Assembly (NCBI GenBank): GCA_030704615.1 | Contig: CM060734.1 | Coordinates: 58,714,001-58,778,000, forward strand | DNA length: 64,000 nucleotides | Origin: Takakia lepidozioides | Taxonomy: Eukaryota; Plantae; Bryophyta | Direction: 5' to 3' | Shown: positions 1-10,544 of the stretch, piece after piece | Position numbering within the stretch: the stretch's first letter is position 1 | Layout: the number at the start of each line of letters is the position of its first letter | Notes under the pieces: generated by a model | The model's input: only the letters and a program-made list of their open reading frames with translations | Database searches by the model: none | Told to the model about the DNA's origin: nothing | Program-made: the position numbers and the translations under genes

Positions 1-1164
1 GCAGCTGGAAGATCAGGGGATCCCAGCAAAATAGCGCGGGCAGTGAGCATATGTGCAGATGGCACCCCTCTCGTGGGAAGAGTTCCCCATCTGGAAGGCG
101 AAGAGAGATTCGGGTCTTGCAAACGGAAATTGGACACCCCTCCCGGATCGGATGCAGATTCCCATAGGCCGGACAGGGTGAACTTCTCGACGCCACGTGT
201 TCACTTGGATCAGAGATGGAATTGCGGAACATCCACAGGTGAGGGCTACTCTGGCCCAAACCGGACCCCTGCATCAAGCATTGTCACTGCAATGGTTGAA
301 GACCACAACGTGGTGCCGCATATAATCGAGTCCATGGGCTTGGACGAGGTTTGGCATATAGAACGCACAAGTGCTGGATCTCGTGTGAAATGCGCGGCGA
401 TCAGGGCCACCAATCATGAAAAATGTACATCATTAATCTCCAGAGGGAAAGAACGCACTGCAGCTCCTACATTCACGGGTTTGTTTCTCCCTTACGGACA
501 AGGCGAGGCAAAGAACCACAAGTTCTGGTTCTGCGCTGACGATTGTGGGAGATGTGTGCATGGTACAGTGAGGCCTTCCGTGGTAAGGAAGCCTACTCCA
601 CCAACCGTGTGGCCTGTGAAGATGGGCACAGGTCTCACTCACCGAGAGATTGCAATGCTGGAAGAGGCGGGTTTCTCCCTAGCCAGACATTCCATTGCAC
701 GTGAAGGTGCTTCAAGTGGAAGCGGTTCACGGGTACCTCCGCCTGACGCTCACTTGTGGCCAACCAGACGGAACGGGAAGCTTGTTCGACGATTCCCTCC
801 AACCGCAGAACACTACGGCAAAATTGAGTCCGCCAGAATGCTTCACACTCGTGTTGCGGGAACAATGGAAGTGCCTGATCCAGGGTATGGTCGGGTCTTC
901 ACCATGATCTCATCCGCATCTGCGCTGCAGGACAGGACGTACGAAATCACTGTTTCCAATTTTCCCAATTGTACATGTCCAGATTTTGTTGGTATGCTTT
1001 CAAGTAGTTTGGGAAAGAGAGGGAAGTTCATACCGTGCAAACACCTTTACTTCGTCTTCTTGAGAAGGATGGTTTGTGATCCAAAGCGCGACTTCTTCAT
1101 TCACCAAGCCACTATGAGTTTCAACAAAGTCAACACACTTCTACAGCGGGATACAAGCCCATAA
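1..1164 (+). CDS. SWIM zinc-finger protein, probably transposon-encoded; 5'-partial
   Basis: The frame is open from position 1. C-terminal YEITVSNFPNCTCPDF...CKHLYFVFLR fits the SWIM CxC..CxH pattern. Intronless, followed by a repeat array and a Helitron-like terminus. Confidence 0.7.
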   Translation, partial: AAGRSGDPSKIARAVSICADGTPLVGRVPHLEGEERFGSCKRKLDTPPGSDADSHRPDRVNFSTPRVHLDQRWNCGTSTGEGYSGPNRTPASSIVTAMVEDHNVVPHIIESMGLDEVWHIERTSAGSRVKCAAIRATNHEKCTSLISRGKERTAAPTFTGLFLPYGQGEAKNHKFWFCADDCGRCVHGTVRPSVVRKPTPPTVWPVKMGTGLTHREIAMLEEAGFSLARHSIAREGASSGSGSRVPPPDAHLWPTRRNGKLVRRFPPTAEHYGKIESARMLHTRVAGTMEVPDPGYGRVFTMISSASALQDRTYEITVSNFPNCTCPDFVGMLSSSLGKRGKFIPCKHLYFVFLRRMVCDPKRDFFIHQATMSFNKVNTLLQRDTSP

Positions 1165-1348
1165 AAATCGGTGTTTTCCTTGACTACAACTTGTAATGGA
1201 ATGACTATTCAAGTCCAGTGACTCTCAATGTATGACGTCAAACATCTTTGCTATGTGTGGGTCAATGCATTTGTCGCATTGGTTTGTCATTCTCTTTTCA
1301 TTAGCAAACACAAGAAACTACCTTCAGATAGACAGATGATCAAATCAA

Positions 1349-1576
1349 CCTCGTCTCAACACGAGGTTTACTTGAAGTTCTCCAAATCCTCCTTGTGTTG
1401 ACACAAGGATGATTTTAGTTCTCAGAAAACAACATCGTGTCAACACGAAGTTCATTTTTGTTCCAGGAAAACAACCTTGTGTTAACACGAGGTTTTGTTG
1501 AAGTTCTCCAAATCCCCCTTGTGTCGACACGAGGTTCATTTCAGTTCTACGAAATGAAGCTCCTGTTAACAGAAGG
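1349..1576. repeat. Six 18-bp imperfect palindromes (consensus CCTYGTGTYRACACRAGG) at an exact 42-bp period
   Basis: Copies start at 1349, 1391, 1433, 1475, 1517 and 1559. The 24-bp spacers are related to each other. Confidence 0.9.
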
Positions 1577-1799
1577 TTGAACTCCAGAAGCCCAAAACCC
1601 TTCATCCGTTTCACCTTCATGTGGTGAAATCAGCAGTTCGGGGCTCCACGGTTATAGGCCCACCTTCTTTGTGGTGACGTGGCATGACCTGGACCAGGCT
1701 CACGCCACGTCATCATTGTGTGAGCGTACGCTCACACGCTCACGCGCCAGGCTCACGCGGTAGCGTCGTTGGGTTGATTACTAGTGATCACAGTGCTTG

Positions 1800-3450
1800 T
1801 CTAACTGCAGGCAACAGCTGGCCTTTGTGTTGATGAGAAGCCCTTACTCCAGGTTACTATTCTTACCTGGACTCTGTGGGATGATAGTCTTGCCATGCTG
1901 CCTTCGGGTTGGTGTGCTAGGTCACGAGGAAGCCGTTCAAGGAGAATTGTCTACTTTGCAATCTGCTATAATGATAATATATGAGGCCTCCCGAAGGAAG
2001 CGTAAATTATGGTGTCTCTTGACCCCAAAAGGCTACTGCCTTCCAGTAGGAAGGTGGACACCCTTGTGACACCAATCGGTGGATGGAACCCACAACCACT
2101 GGGCTACAACTTGGTTGTCTGCAATCTGCTATATTGAATGCCAGATACTTGCATCCTGAATCGACCACTTTTTACATTACTTCTGGATGATACTTTGTTG
2201 CTGGTCCACATGTTTGCAAGCTTCAGATGGAAACTTCTGTCTATCTGTCCATCTCCCTACCATTGGCCCAGGCCTCCCCTTCTCCCTCTCTGTCCTGTGT
2301 CCTCTTTTGGGCTATGTAAACAGTAGATCCTTGAGTACATCAGCATACTGGAGGGCATGTTTCTCGTCAATCTGCCTCTTTCTGCTTTCATATGCTCTAG
2401 TGTAAAGTTTGTGTTTTGGGTTGGATGGCAGCAATTGCTTGTGGACAGGATAAACAACCACCCTCAAGCAACCTGGAAGGCTGGCTTCAATGACAGGTTT
2501 GCAGACCACACCGTAAGTGTAAGCCATTTTGGTATAGTCCATCTAGAATTTGAGGTTGCTTTTGTGAGCTGGTGTATAGCATTTTGCTGATGGTAGGTTG
2601 TGTATGCGAGAAAGATAGTGAGAGAAGGCGGGGAAGGGTGTGTTAATGATGTCCTTCTGGGGAATGTTATTGGGTGCAGGTAAAGCAATTCAAGCAGATG
2701 TGTGGCACAATAATGACACCTGCCAATGAGTTGGACTCGTCTATAATGAGGGTTGGTTTTGACCATAAGACTCTGAAGCTGCCCAAGACCTTTGATGCAC
2801 AGGAAGCCTGGCCTCATTGTCCCAACATTGATGACATTCTAGGTACTCTCCCTCTTTCCTCTCACAGAGCAGAATCTCTGTCTATTGCTTTCTGGATGCG
2901 TCGCCTAGTTTCCCAGCTATTGTTTTACCTATTCTGAATCCTCACATGTCATATGGTGACCGAGAGCCTCTTAAGTAGTGCTTCACAACAATTGGTGAGG
3001 GAGTTGATTGAAAGCTACAAGTAGAAGCATCTCCACTGGAGGTAGTCTGTGTGGACATATCTAATACTACCTCCATCTGTGGCATTGTGTTTCTGGGATC
3101 CTGTATCCTCGATCTATCCAATGTTCCATCAAACAAATAGACCAGGTATGTATTGGTTCAAGCCCACAGACTTCTTTCCCCTGCACTGCTTGATGTTTTT
3201 TTTTTTTTTTGTGTCACATTTGGAAGCAGAGAGAGATATATTGACTGGTAGGTGAGCAGGGAAGGATGGCCTGACACCTATCACTTTTGAAGAGTTTCAT
3301 ACTGAGGCATGTACATGGTAAATGGACAGGGACACTGTGGTTCATGCTGGGCATTTGGGGCTGTGGAGTCGCTCACAGACCGGTTCTGCATCCATGTCAA
3401 TGAAGTAAGGTTTTAGTTGGCCCATATTCTCACTCATGCTGTGTTAGGGT
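1800..3450 (-). mobile_element. Highly decayed non-LTR retrotransposon (RT) remnants
   Basis: Minus-strand fragments such as LQYADV (YADD-like) and QGCP; many stops; boundaries approximate. Confidence 0.4.
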
Positions 3451-3575
3451 TCGAATTTTGTTTCTTTCTACAGATTAATGTGAATCACTGATTTTGCTAG
3501 GGTGCTGCAGGATCGTAATGAAGAGAAGTCAGCCATATTGTCATTTAGAAATGCTAACAACATTTGCATGGAGAT

Positions 3576-4135
3576 GACCCTTGAGGTCATCCAAGATGTC
3601 CACCCCCATGTCACTGACTGGAACAAGTTCAGGGAAGTTCTCTGCCTAACTTCATTTTCATCAGACAATCTCATGGCAACAGACATGGCTTTAGACACTA
3701 CAACCTCTAAGTCAGATTTATCCAGCAGGGTCAAGACTTGTGGATCCAGGTCCAGGTCCTTGAGAATCTTTTCTACTCTCTTCTGCCAGGACTTCGCCTG
3801 TTTGACAGGGTGGTCATGTTTCCAAGATATAGAGTCGATTAACTTAGGATTTCCGAAATAAGGCATATGTTGCAGCTGACCCCACCATCTGAGTGTGAAT
3901 TCATCTCGTCGGGAGCTTAAGGATGGAATGCCAAACTCACCTCGAACAGCCACATTGGCTGTTTTGGAGCATGCTGACATACACTCCTTAAGCACCCCCA
4001 CTTGAATGGATTCTAGAGACTTAGCCTGGTTGGAGTTATCAACCCATATAGCAGATCCGTACTCCAAGGCAGGTCTAATAACGCGAGAAAGCATGGTTTT
4101 CTTAACCTCAGAGTTGACCCCTCTGCAGTGGCTAC
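3576..4135 (-). mobile_element. LINE family A internal fragment (RT C-terminal region)
   Basis: IRPALEYGSAIW...LESIQ...AVRGEFGI; 3576-3810 is nearly identical to 57007-57240. Confidence 0.85.
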
Positions 4136-4430
4136 ATTTAGTGATTGGCAGAGCTTTGCCCTTGCCAGTTTGAACAACTTTCCGGATATGTGCATCCCAA
4201 TTATGTGCATCCCATTCCGGGGTAGCCGCTGATGCAAGGATGGACTGTGGGTTCAGGATCACCCAAGAGGGCTACCAGCAGTGGAAGTAGCAGCATTTGG
4301 TCAATAGCAGCAGCAAGAATTAGCAACGTCAAACTCATCAATCAGGTACTTGCTTCTGTATACATTTCATCCTCTTATCAACGTAGTCCCTGCTTAGACA
4401 GCCTATAGGGTTGTATAAAACAGGACTTTG

Positions 4431-7400
4431 GAACCTTCCAACCCGGGTGCTTTGTTATTGGTCTATCAAGGTCTGATTTGAAATGTTTTCATTGCATTTT
4501 GCAGGTGAACTCATCATGGAAGAAGAGTTGGAAGTAAAAGTCCTGCTCGTTGGAGGAGATGCATCACCAAACAGGCTTGGTTCTGTATTCACTATGCAAG
4601 GTGTCACATACAAATGCATTCGAGCAGAAATTATAGGTGATGAGCTTGTCTCAGCAAAATTTCATTTCCTTTCCATGGGGGGTAGTGTCCTTTCAGCCAA
4701 GCAAGAAGAGATGATGGTTCTGAAAGGGGATACTGTACACATTAAGATTTCAGACCAAAATGATGGGGACCAAGGATTGAAAAGACCTCTATCTTCCAGT
4801 GGTTCTACGATCTTGCATGAGGACAGACCAGGCGAGGACCCGGCACCAGTGTCTACCAAGATGAGGATGGACCCTGATACACCCTTTGCTGGCGATGGTG
4901 GAAATGAAGACCATGCACATGAGCATGCACTTCAGCAGAGATCTGGTAGATTGTGCAGCACGTTGGCTACATCCAACGATATTCAAAAATGGCAGAAAGA
5001 GATTAGAGCCGTTGAAAGGAAAATCTCTGTAGAAGGACGATGTGACAAGTTTGAGCTGATGACAAAGGATCAACAAGGACAAGCAATGTTCCACATATGG
5101 TGTGTTGAGTGTGAGGATGTTTATGCACGGTCTGGGAAAAACAAACCATATGATGCATGTGCAAACTTTATGAGATCTCATTTGAGGAGTGAGGGGCATC
5201 GCATAGCCTATGAGAGGCGTCATGGGAAGGGTTCATCACAATGTGTCATCAGCCCTGTAAATGCAGATGAAGCATTAGATGTAAAGAAGAACAGGGTGAA
5301 GGAGGCATTAGAGGAAGTCGCTCGGTTTTGTGAGGACAATCCTGGAAACAGATTTGAGATTGTGGAAGCCACAATTGGAGACTATTCGCAGTTGGGTTCC
5401 ATAAGGATTAGGTGCCCACTTGATTCGAAGTGGCTACTCTTGTTTCCAAGGACAGGTTCTGTGCAATCTTCTTTGACAGAGCATGTGAAAGGAAAAACTC
5501 ATGTCGATGCAGAGATTTGCCAGAAGGTTGGAAGTAGTGAAGGACCTTGCAAAAAGAGAGGAAGGCCTCCAAAGCCTATGATTGCCAAAGATGTAAAGCA
5601 ACGGGATCTAAGCTCTTTCTTGGTCAGTCAACCTGTGTTGCCGTCCCCACCACTTGACAATCCAATTGTGGCATCAACAATGGGAGCATCCTCGTCACAA
5701 ACTCCATACACTTGTGTTGACGCTGCCCAACGGGGAGATCTGATCGAGGATTGACAATTACAGCAAAGGTCCCAATGCAACAAATGAAGAGACAGTTTGT
5801 GTTGGGGCCTATGGGATGAATGGTGGGAGTACAACCAGCAGAGAATAAGTCTGAAACCATTCCTTCAAGATAGTAAGGGAGGAAAGAAGTGGTATGTCGA
5901 GCCGTTGACAAATGCAACCATCACTCTAAACAATCAAGAACATAAGGTTGTTGGTACGTTTCGGCACGCGGATTGTTTTAGAGTGTCATTGGATGGGGAG
6001 CCATTTCCAAACTTGAGATGTTCAGCATGTTCTTCCATTCCCTTGGAAAATGACTTCAGAATGAGGGTATATAGAGAAAGATGTGCCATGGAATGTAGAG
6101 GGGAGAGAGATACTGGCAAGGGAAGAAGGTTGTCATATCTTGGAAATGCGGAGATTGTCAAACAAGTTTACAAAAACAGACAGGAGTTGAGGCAGTTGAG
6201 GTTCAAAATTGTGGGAGGCCAGGACCAAAGTGGCATCCTTGTCTGTGCGATGTAGGAGTTTGAAGGAGTCTGGGATTGAGACAATTGAAAGAGGAGATGT
6301 TCTCAAATTTTGTCGTGATATTATTGATGCACATAGGCAGGGGGATATTGAAGGAAAAGAAAGTTTGTGGGATTTTCTTGTTGATATGGGCAAGAATATT
6401 GACAGGTCTCCACAAGGGAAGAGGTATGGTACTAGCACAAAAACAATGTTTGAGACTGTGCAGCTTTGGGGGGGTCCGAGATTGCATCATTTTTTGGCTT
6501 CAAATGTGGGGGATCCTTCTATTGATACTACAAGACGGTCTTTGAGGAAATGTTTGAAGTATAGAGCGGGAGAAACGGATGATATATTTCAGCATGTGGC
6601 TGGAATTTACAGAGATGTGATGGAAGATGCAAATATTCCAATGGGAAGCATCCTAGTGATGGTGGCCGAAGATGAAACTGTTGTGAAGCGATTGGTACGT
6701 TGGATTGCTAGGGATGACACCCTTCTCGGGTTTTGTGGGCTTCAAGACAACCATGTATGTATTTCAAATTTTGTGGTGCAAGTGGGAGAAGGGGAATCAG
6801 GGTACGAACATATTGTGGAGGCATTCAAAAACAATGTGGTTGCCCATTATGCTAGAGTGTTGATAGCAAATCCTCTATATGTACGGTTACCTCGATTGGT
6901 ATTGGTAATCCAGCTCACTTGCAATAGATTTGACAACAATTTTGTGAGATCACAATGGGAAGTGGTGAGACAGTTGTGGGACAAATATGTGAGGGACGTG
7001 GTTGGGCCTATAATTGGGCATGCTTCAGACGGAGATAGTAGGAGGAGAAAAGTGATGTTAGAAGATTATGCCAATGGGGCTGGAAGTAGATTTTGCATCC
7101 CTTGGGAAGGATGGTTGTTTACAGGTCGAGTGTGCAACGGGGGAGATATATACGGACTCCATGATCAGGACTTCATCCACAATGGGAAAAAATTGGTAAA
7201 TCCCTTAGACAGTGCATCACGGACTTTGGTGTTGGGTGATGAGGTTGCTACATTGAATCATGTGTTATTGGTCTACCATTCATTTTCAGTGGACAAGCAT
7301 GAACTTCAGGAATGTGATATCAAAAGAGAAGATCGACAGAATTGGGCAGCAGCTCAACGACTGGCATCTCGGAAGGTGCAAGCTTGTTTGAGGGAGTTAC

Positions 7401-9229
7401 AATCAACTGTGAATCATCGAAGAGAGAGGACCAAAGGTACTGAAATTTACCTATACATCATTTCATGCTACATCGAATTTTTTTTGTCTCCTCACATGTC
7501 ATTGTGTGAGAGGGTACAATCTGCTGCGAAGGTATCATTTTTTTTCAGATTGTGGAAGTTGTGGCTATTCCACCACGAGGTGTATAATCTGAAATCCTTC
7601 TTCATTAGCAAGGAAGCATACTTGGATTTACAAATTTCATGCCACTACGTGGTTCTACTTATCAAATTGTTCAAGGATAAGTTTAATCATGTGCAAGTTC
7701 CTTTGAGCCTTGTTGGTTCAGATGTGTGTGAAATATTCTTCAGCAAAGTGGGAGGTATTTTACGGAATGAGAGGACATATGACGGGTGTGATTTGATTGA
7801 GAGTGCGGGAGCATTAACACGCATATCCGAGTTCGAGGCGAATTCAAAAGGACCCAAGTTAGAGCTCACAAGAAACAAGAACATATATGGTCTTCTTTGG
7901 AGAAGAAGCCAGATATCCCCCTTGCTGATTTGTCCGACTTTTCTACGGTCCAATCGGATGATTGCATTGTGGAGGCTTTGAAAACTGGATTTCTAGAAGC
8001 ACAACTTTTTTGCCATAAACTTGGGATGAAACCAAACAAAGCAACAAACTTGGATTGGTGGAATGAGCCATGGACAATTAAGAGACAAATGGAGGCCGAG
8101 CTATTCAAAAGCATGGAAGAGGAGGGTGATGATGTCGATGCCATAGATTCTATTTGTCCTCTTAATGCAGACACACATATTCAAAATGAGGTCGTGGAAG
8201 ATGAATTGGTGTGCGGGCCTTCGAATTCAATGGAGGATGTTTTGAGCCAACCTTTGGATGACCATGCGGAAGAGGTACTTGTTCAAAGTGAATTGAGACA
8301 TACTCTGGATGCTGTCATTGTTGAGTTTGAACAAGAGAAAGATGGATCGAAGGCAGTGGTTCCATTTGTCAAAGTAGACGGGAAGACCATATTCAAAAGC
8401 ACTTTGGTTAGCCAACTCAATGGCAACCCTACTCTATCCAAGGATAGATTGACACGAGTAAGAAGTGCATCGATGTTGTTTTGCCGAGAAAACAAACCAA
8501 CTACCAGCAACAAAGCCACGAGCTTGGGATTGGGTTCGGATTGTGCTGTATTTTTTGTTGATGAGGAGACTGCGATCCAAACTACAAACATGAAAAGTAG
8601 ACTAGGGAAAAAGACATTTGGTTATTTGGGCAGGGTTCAAAGAATGCGGAAGAAAATCAATAAGCGGTTTGTAGAATGTAGGGATTCTGTTGATTTATTG
8701 GAGCGTCCTTCTCATATGGAGATTGGGTTAGCATGGTACCAAAAAATTCGAGGAGGGGTCTATACGTACGATTTGACGGATAACATGATGGTTGATTTGG
8801 ATTCCATTATCGCGTTAGCATGTTTAAAGTACAATGTCAAGTCAAACACATATGTTCTTGATGCAAATGACCGAAAAGTCTTTGACAACTTTATCAAAGG
8901 CAAATAATTTTTTTAATTAATTTGTTAGATTTTATTATGTCTTAAATGAATAAATTCGATATAATATAAAAACATACATATACATATTGGAGGGTTATTT
9001 TTAATGATGAAAAATGAGAATATACATACATAAGGTGGGTACTTTCCAAAAATTGTATTTTTTTGTATATTTACAGGAGGGGATTTTATAATCTTCAAAA
9101 AGTATGTACAGAGGGGGTATAAATTATCCAAGGACCCGTATACATGGGGTTTTTTTTATTAGGCGACGAACGCACGTGATACGCACAGTTTATAAAGAGT
9201 GCACCCCCCGGGGTTGAAATGGACGGTTC
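4431..9229 (+). mobile_element. DNA transposon containing the P-like transposase; ends tentative
   Basis: Imperfect inverted match gaaccttccaacccgggtgc (4431-4450) versus gcaccccccggggttgaaatggacggttc (9201-9229). AT-rich 3' region; no convincing TSD. Confidence 0.45.
4516..8907 (+). pseudogene. Large P-element/THAP9-type DDE transposase (about 1450 aa), disrupted
   Basis: Ordered motifs EDET, HASDGD, DFIHNGKKLVN, DRQNWAAAQRLAS, GSDVCEIFFSKVG and KSTL..LSKDRLTRVR. Two in-frame TGAs (5752, 5785) and frameshifts at about 6207 and 7860 join the four ORFs. Confidence 0.75.
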
Positions 9230-9239
9230 AAGGAGGCAA

Positions 9240-9950
9240 GTCAAACTCAAACCTTGGGATTGGCTCTAAAGCGCCTTGGCAGTCAGCTTGGTGTAAGATG
9301 AGATCCTTCTTATCTCAAACCAAACCCTCCTATTTTGATGAGGTCTTGAGACAACCATTATCTGGAACCGTGACTCAGAAGCTCTCGTTCAGTGTTCCAA
9401 CCATTGGGCGCACTGGGAATCTGCGAGGTTGTCTCATTTTTTACACTTCTGGGATATGGAATTGGGCACTATCATCTCCCCTGCCTCTGCTGCAACATCT
9501 TTTTCTGTGAGAAGAATCAAGGATACAGTCATGGGTGACCTCCCCTCTTGTTGGTCTGACTTATTATCTCAATAAGGAAACATCTCCCGCCCTTTGTGGC
9601 TTGGCTTCTATGTGGGTTCAGTGATTAAGGCCTTCTATGCAACCTCCAGAAGTCCCAATTCCTTCTCAGGAATTTGCTTCAATGTGCAACTAGATGGTAC
9701 TTTGTTCAATTTACTTGAGCCTCAATTGCTCATGCTTGCCAGTACCACTCTATATGTTATCAGAGTTTTCTGCTCTTGTACTGGTAAATCCAGCCCCATG
9801 CCTCCGGAGGACCTCCACCATTTCCTTCATTTGTTTCTTTCTGCGCATGTTAGACCGTTGCAATTTGATCCTGGTGAGTGGTTCTGGATGAATAAACACC
9901 CACTATCACTTTTTCGCATACTCTGTTAAGCTGGGGTATTCCTTGCTAAT
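9240..9950 (-). mobile_element. Decayed LINE RT remnant
   Basis: Weak IVP.....DLA..RP-like remnant on the minus strand; many disruptions. Confidence 0.3.
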
Positions 9951-9963
9951 GCCCAAACAGTCT

Positions 9964-9990
9964 TTTGATTTGATTTGATTTGATTTGATT
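9964..9990. repeat. (GATTT)n microsatellite
   Basis: tttgatttgatttgatttgatttgatt. Confidence 0.9.
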
Positions 9991-10544
9991 TTTTGGATTG
10001 GAAGTGGCAGGATCATAAATGGGCTCACTTGCAATTTTTTTAAAAAACAAAAGAAAGGAAAAAACCCATCTATCAAAGCAATAAAATAACAGAGTCCGGT
10101 AAGAATGTCCACCACGGTCACCACCATCTTCACTGCTCTGTCCTTCACAAGGATCTTCGTCGGCTTCCTTTGGTGTGTAAGTGGAAGGGTGTAGCAGATC
10201 GTGCTGCACTTCGTATTCTTCCGATTCTCTGCTTGGTTTACCGAAATTCTGTGTTTTGATCCCAATTATTGTGTCTCTCTGTTCCGGCGAATTCTGTCTA
10301 TCTGTTTCCTGTGCGGGTCCCTGATTCTCTGGTGTACTAGAATTTCTTCATATGCACACACTTGTCTGTCTTCGTGGCAACGTTGAAGGTCCCCCCAGTC
10401 CTCTGTGTCAGCACAAGCAGTGCGTATCCTCTGTGTCTCTTTTTCTAATGGACTAGCTAGCTGATCTTCTCCGACCTTCAAGTCAGTCACCTTAATTTGA
10501 AACCATTCCCCACATTGGCGGCGGAAAATTGCTCTCCACTTACA

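Larger units (their letters stand above)
1..1784 (+). mobile_element. 3' part of a Helitron-like element carrying the SWIM ORF
   Basis: Ends in CTAG|T (1781-1785), preceded by GC-rich hairpins at 1673-1714, 1718-1737 and about 1752-1773. No Rep/helicase is visible in the window. Confidence 0.5.

Noticed and set aside
1349-1576. CRISPR-like appearance (palindromic repeats with spacers)
   Set aside because: The spacers are homologous to each other, the repeats are only 18 bp, there are no cas genes and the context is eukaryotic; it is a structured minisatellite.
4420-4450. Definitive left TIR and TSD of the P-like element
   Set aside because: The match is gapped, no TSD is found, and the site appears to lie inside an intron (about 4346-4504) of the element's own transcript; kept only as tentative.
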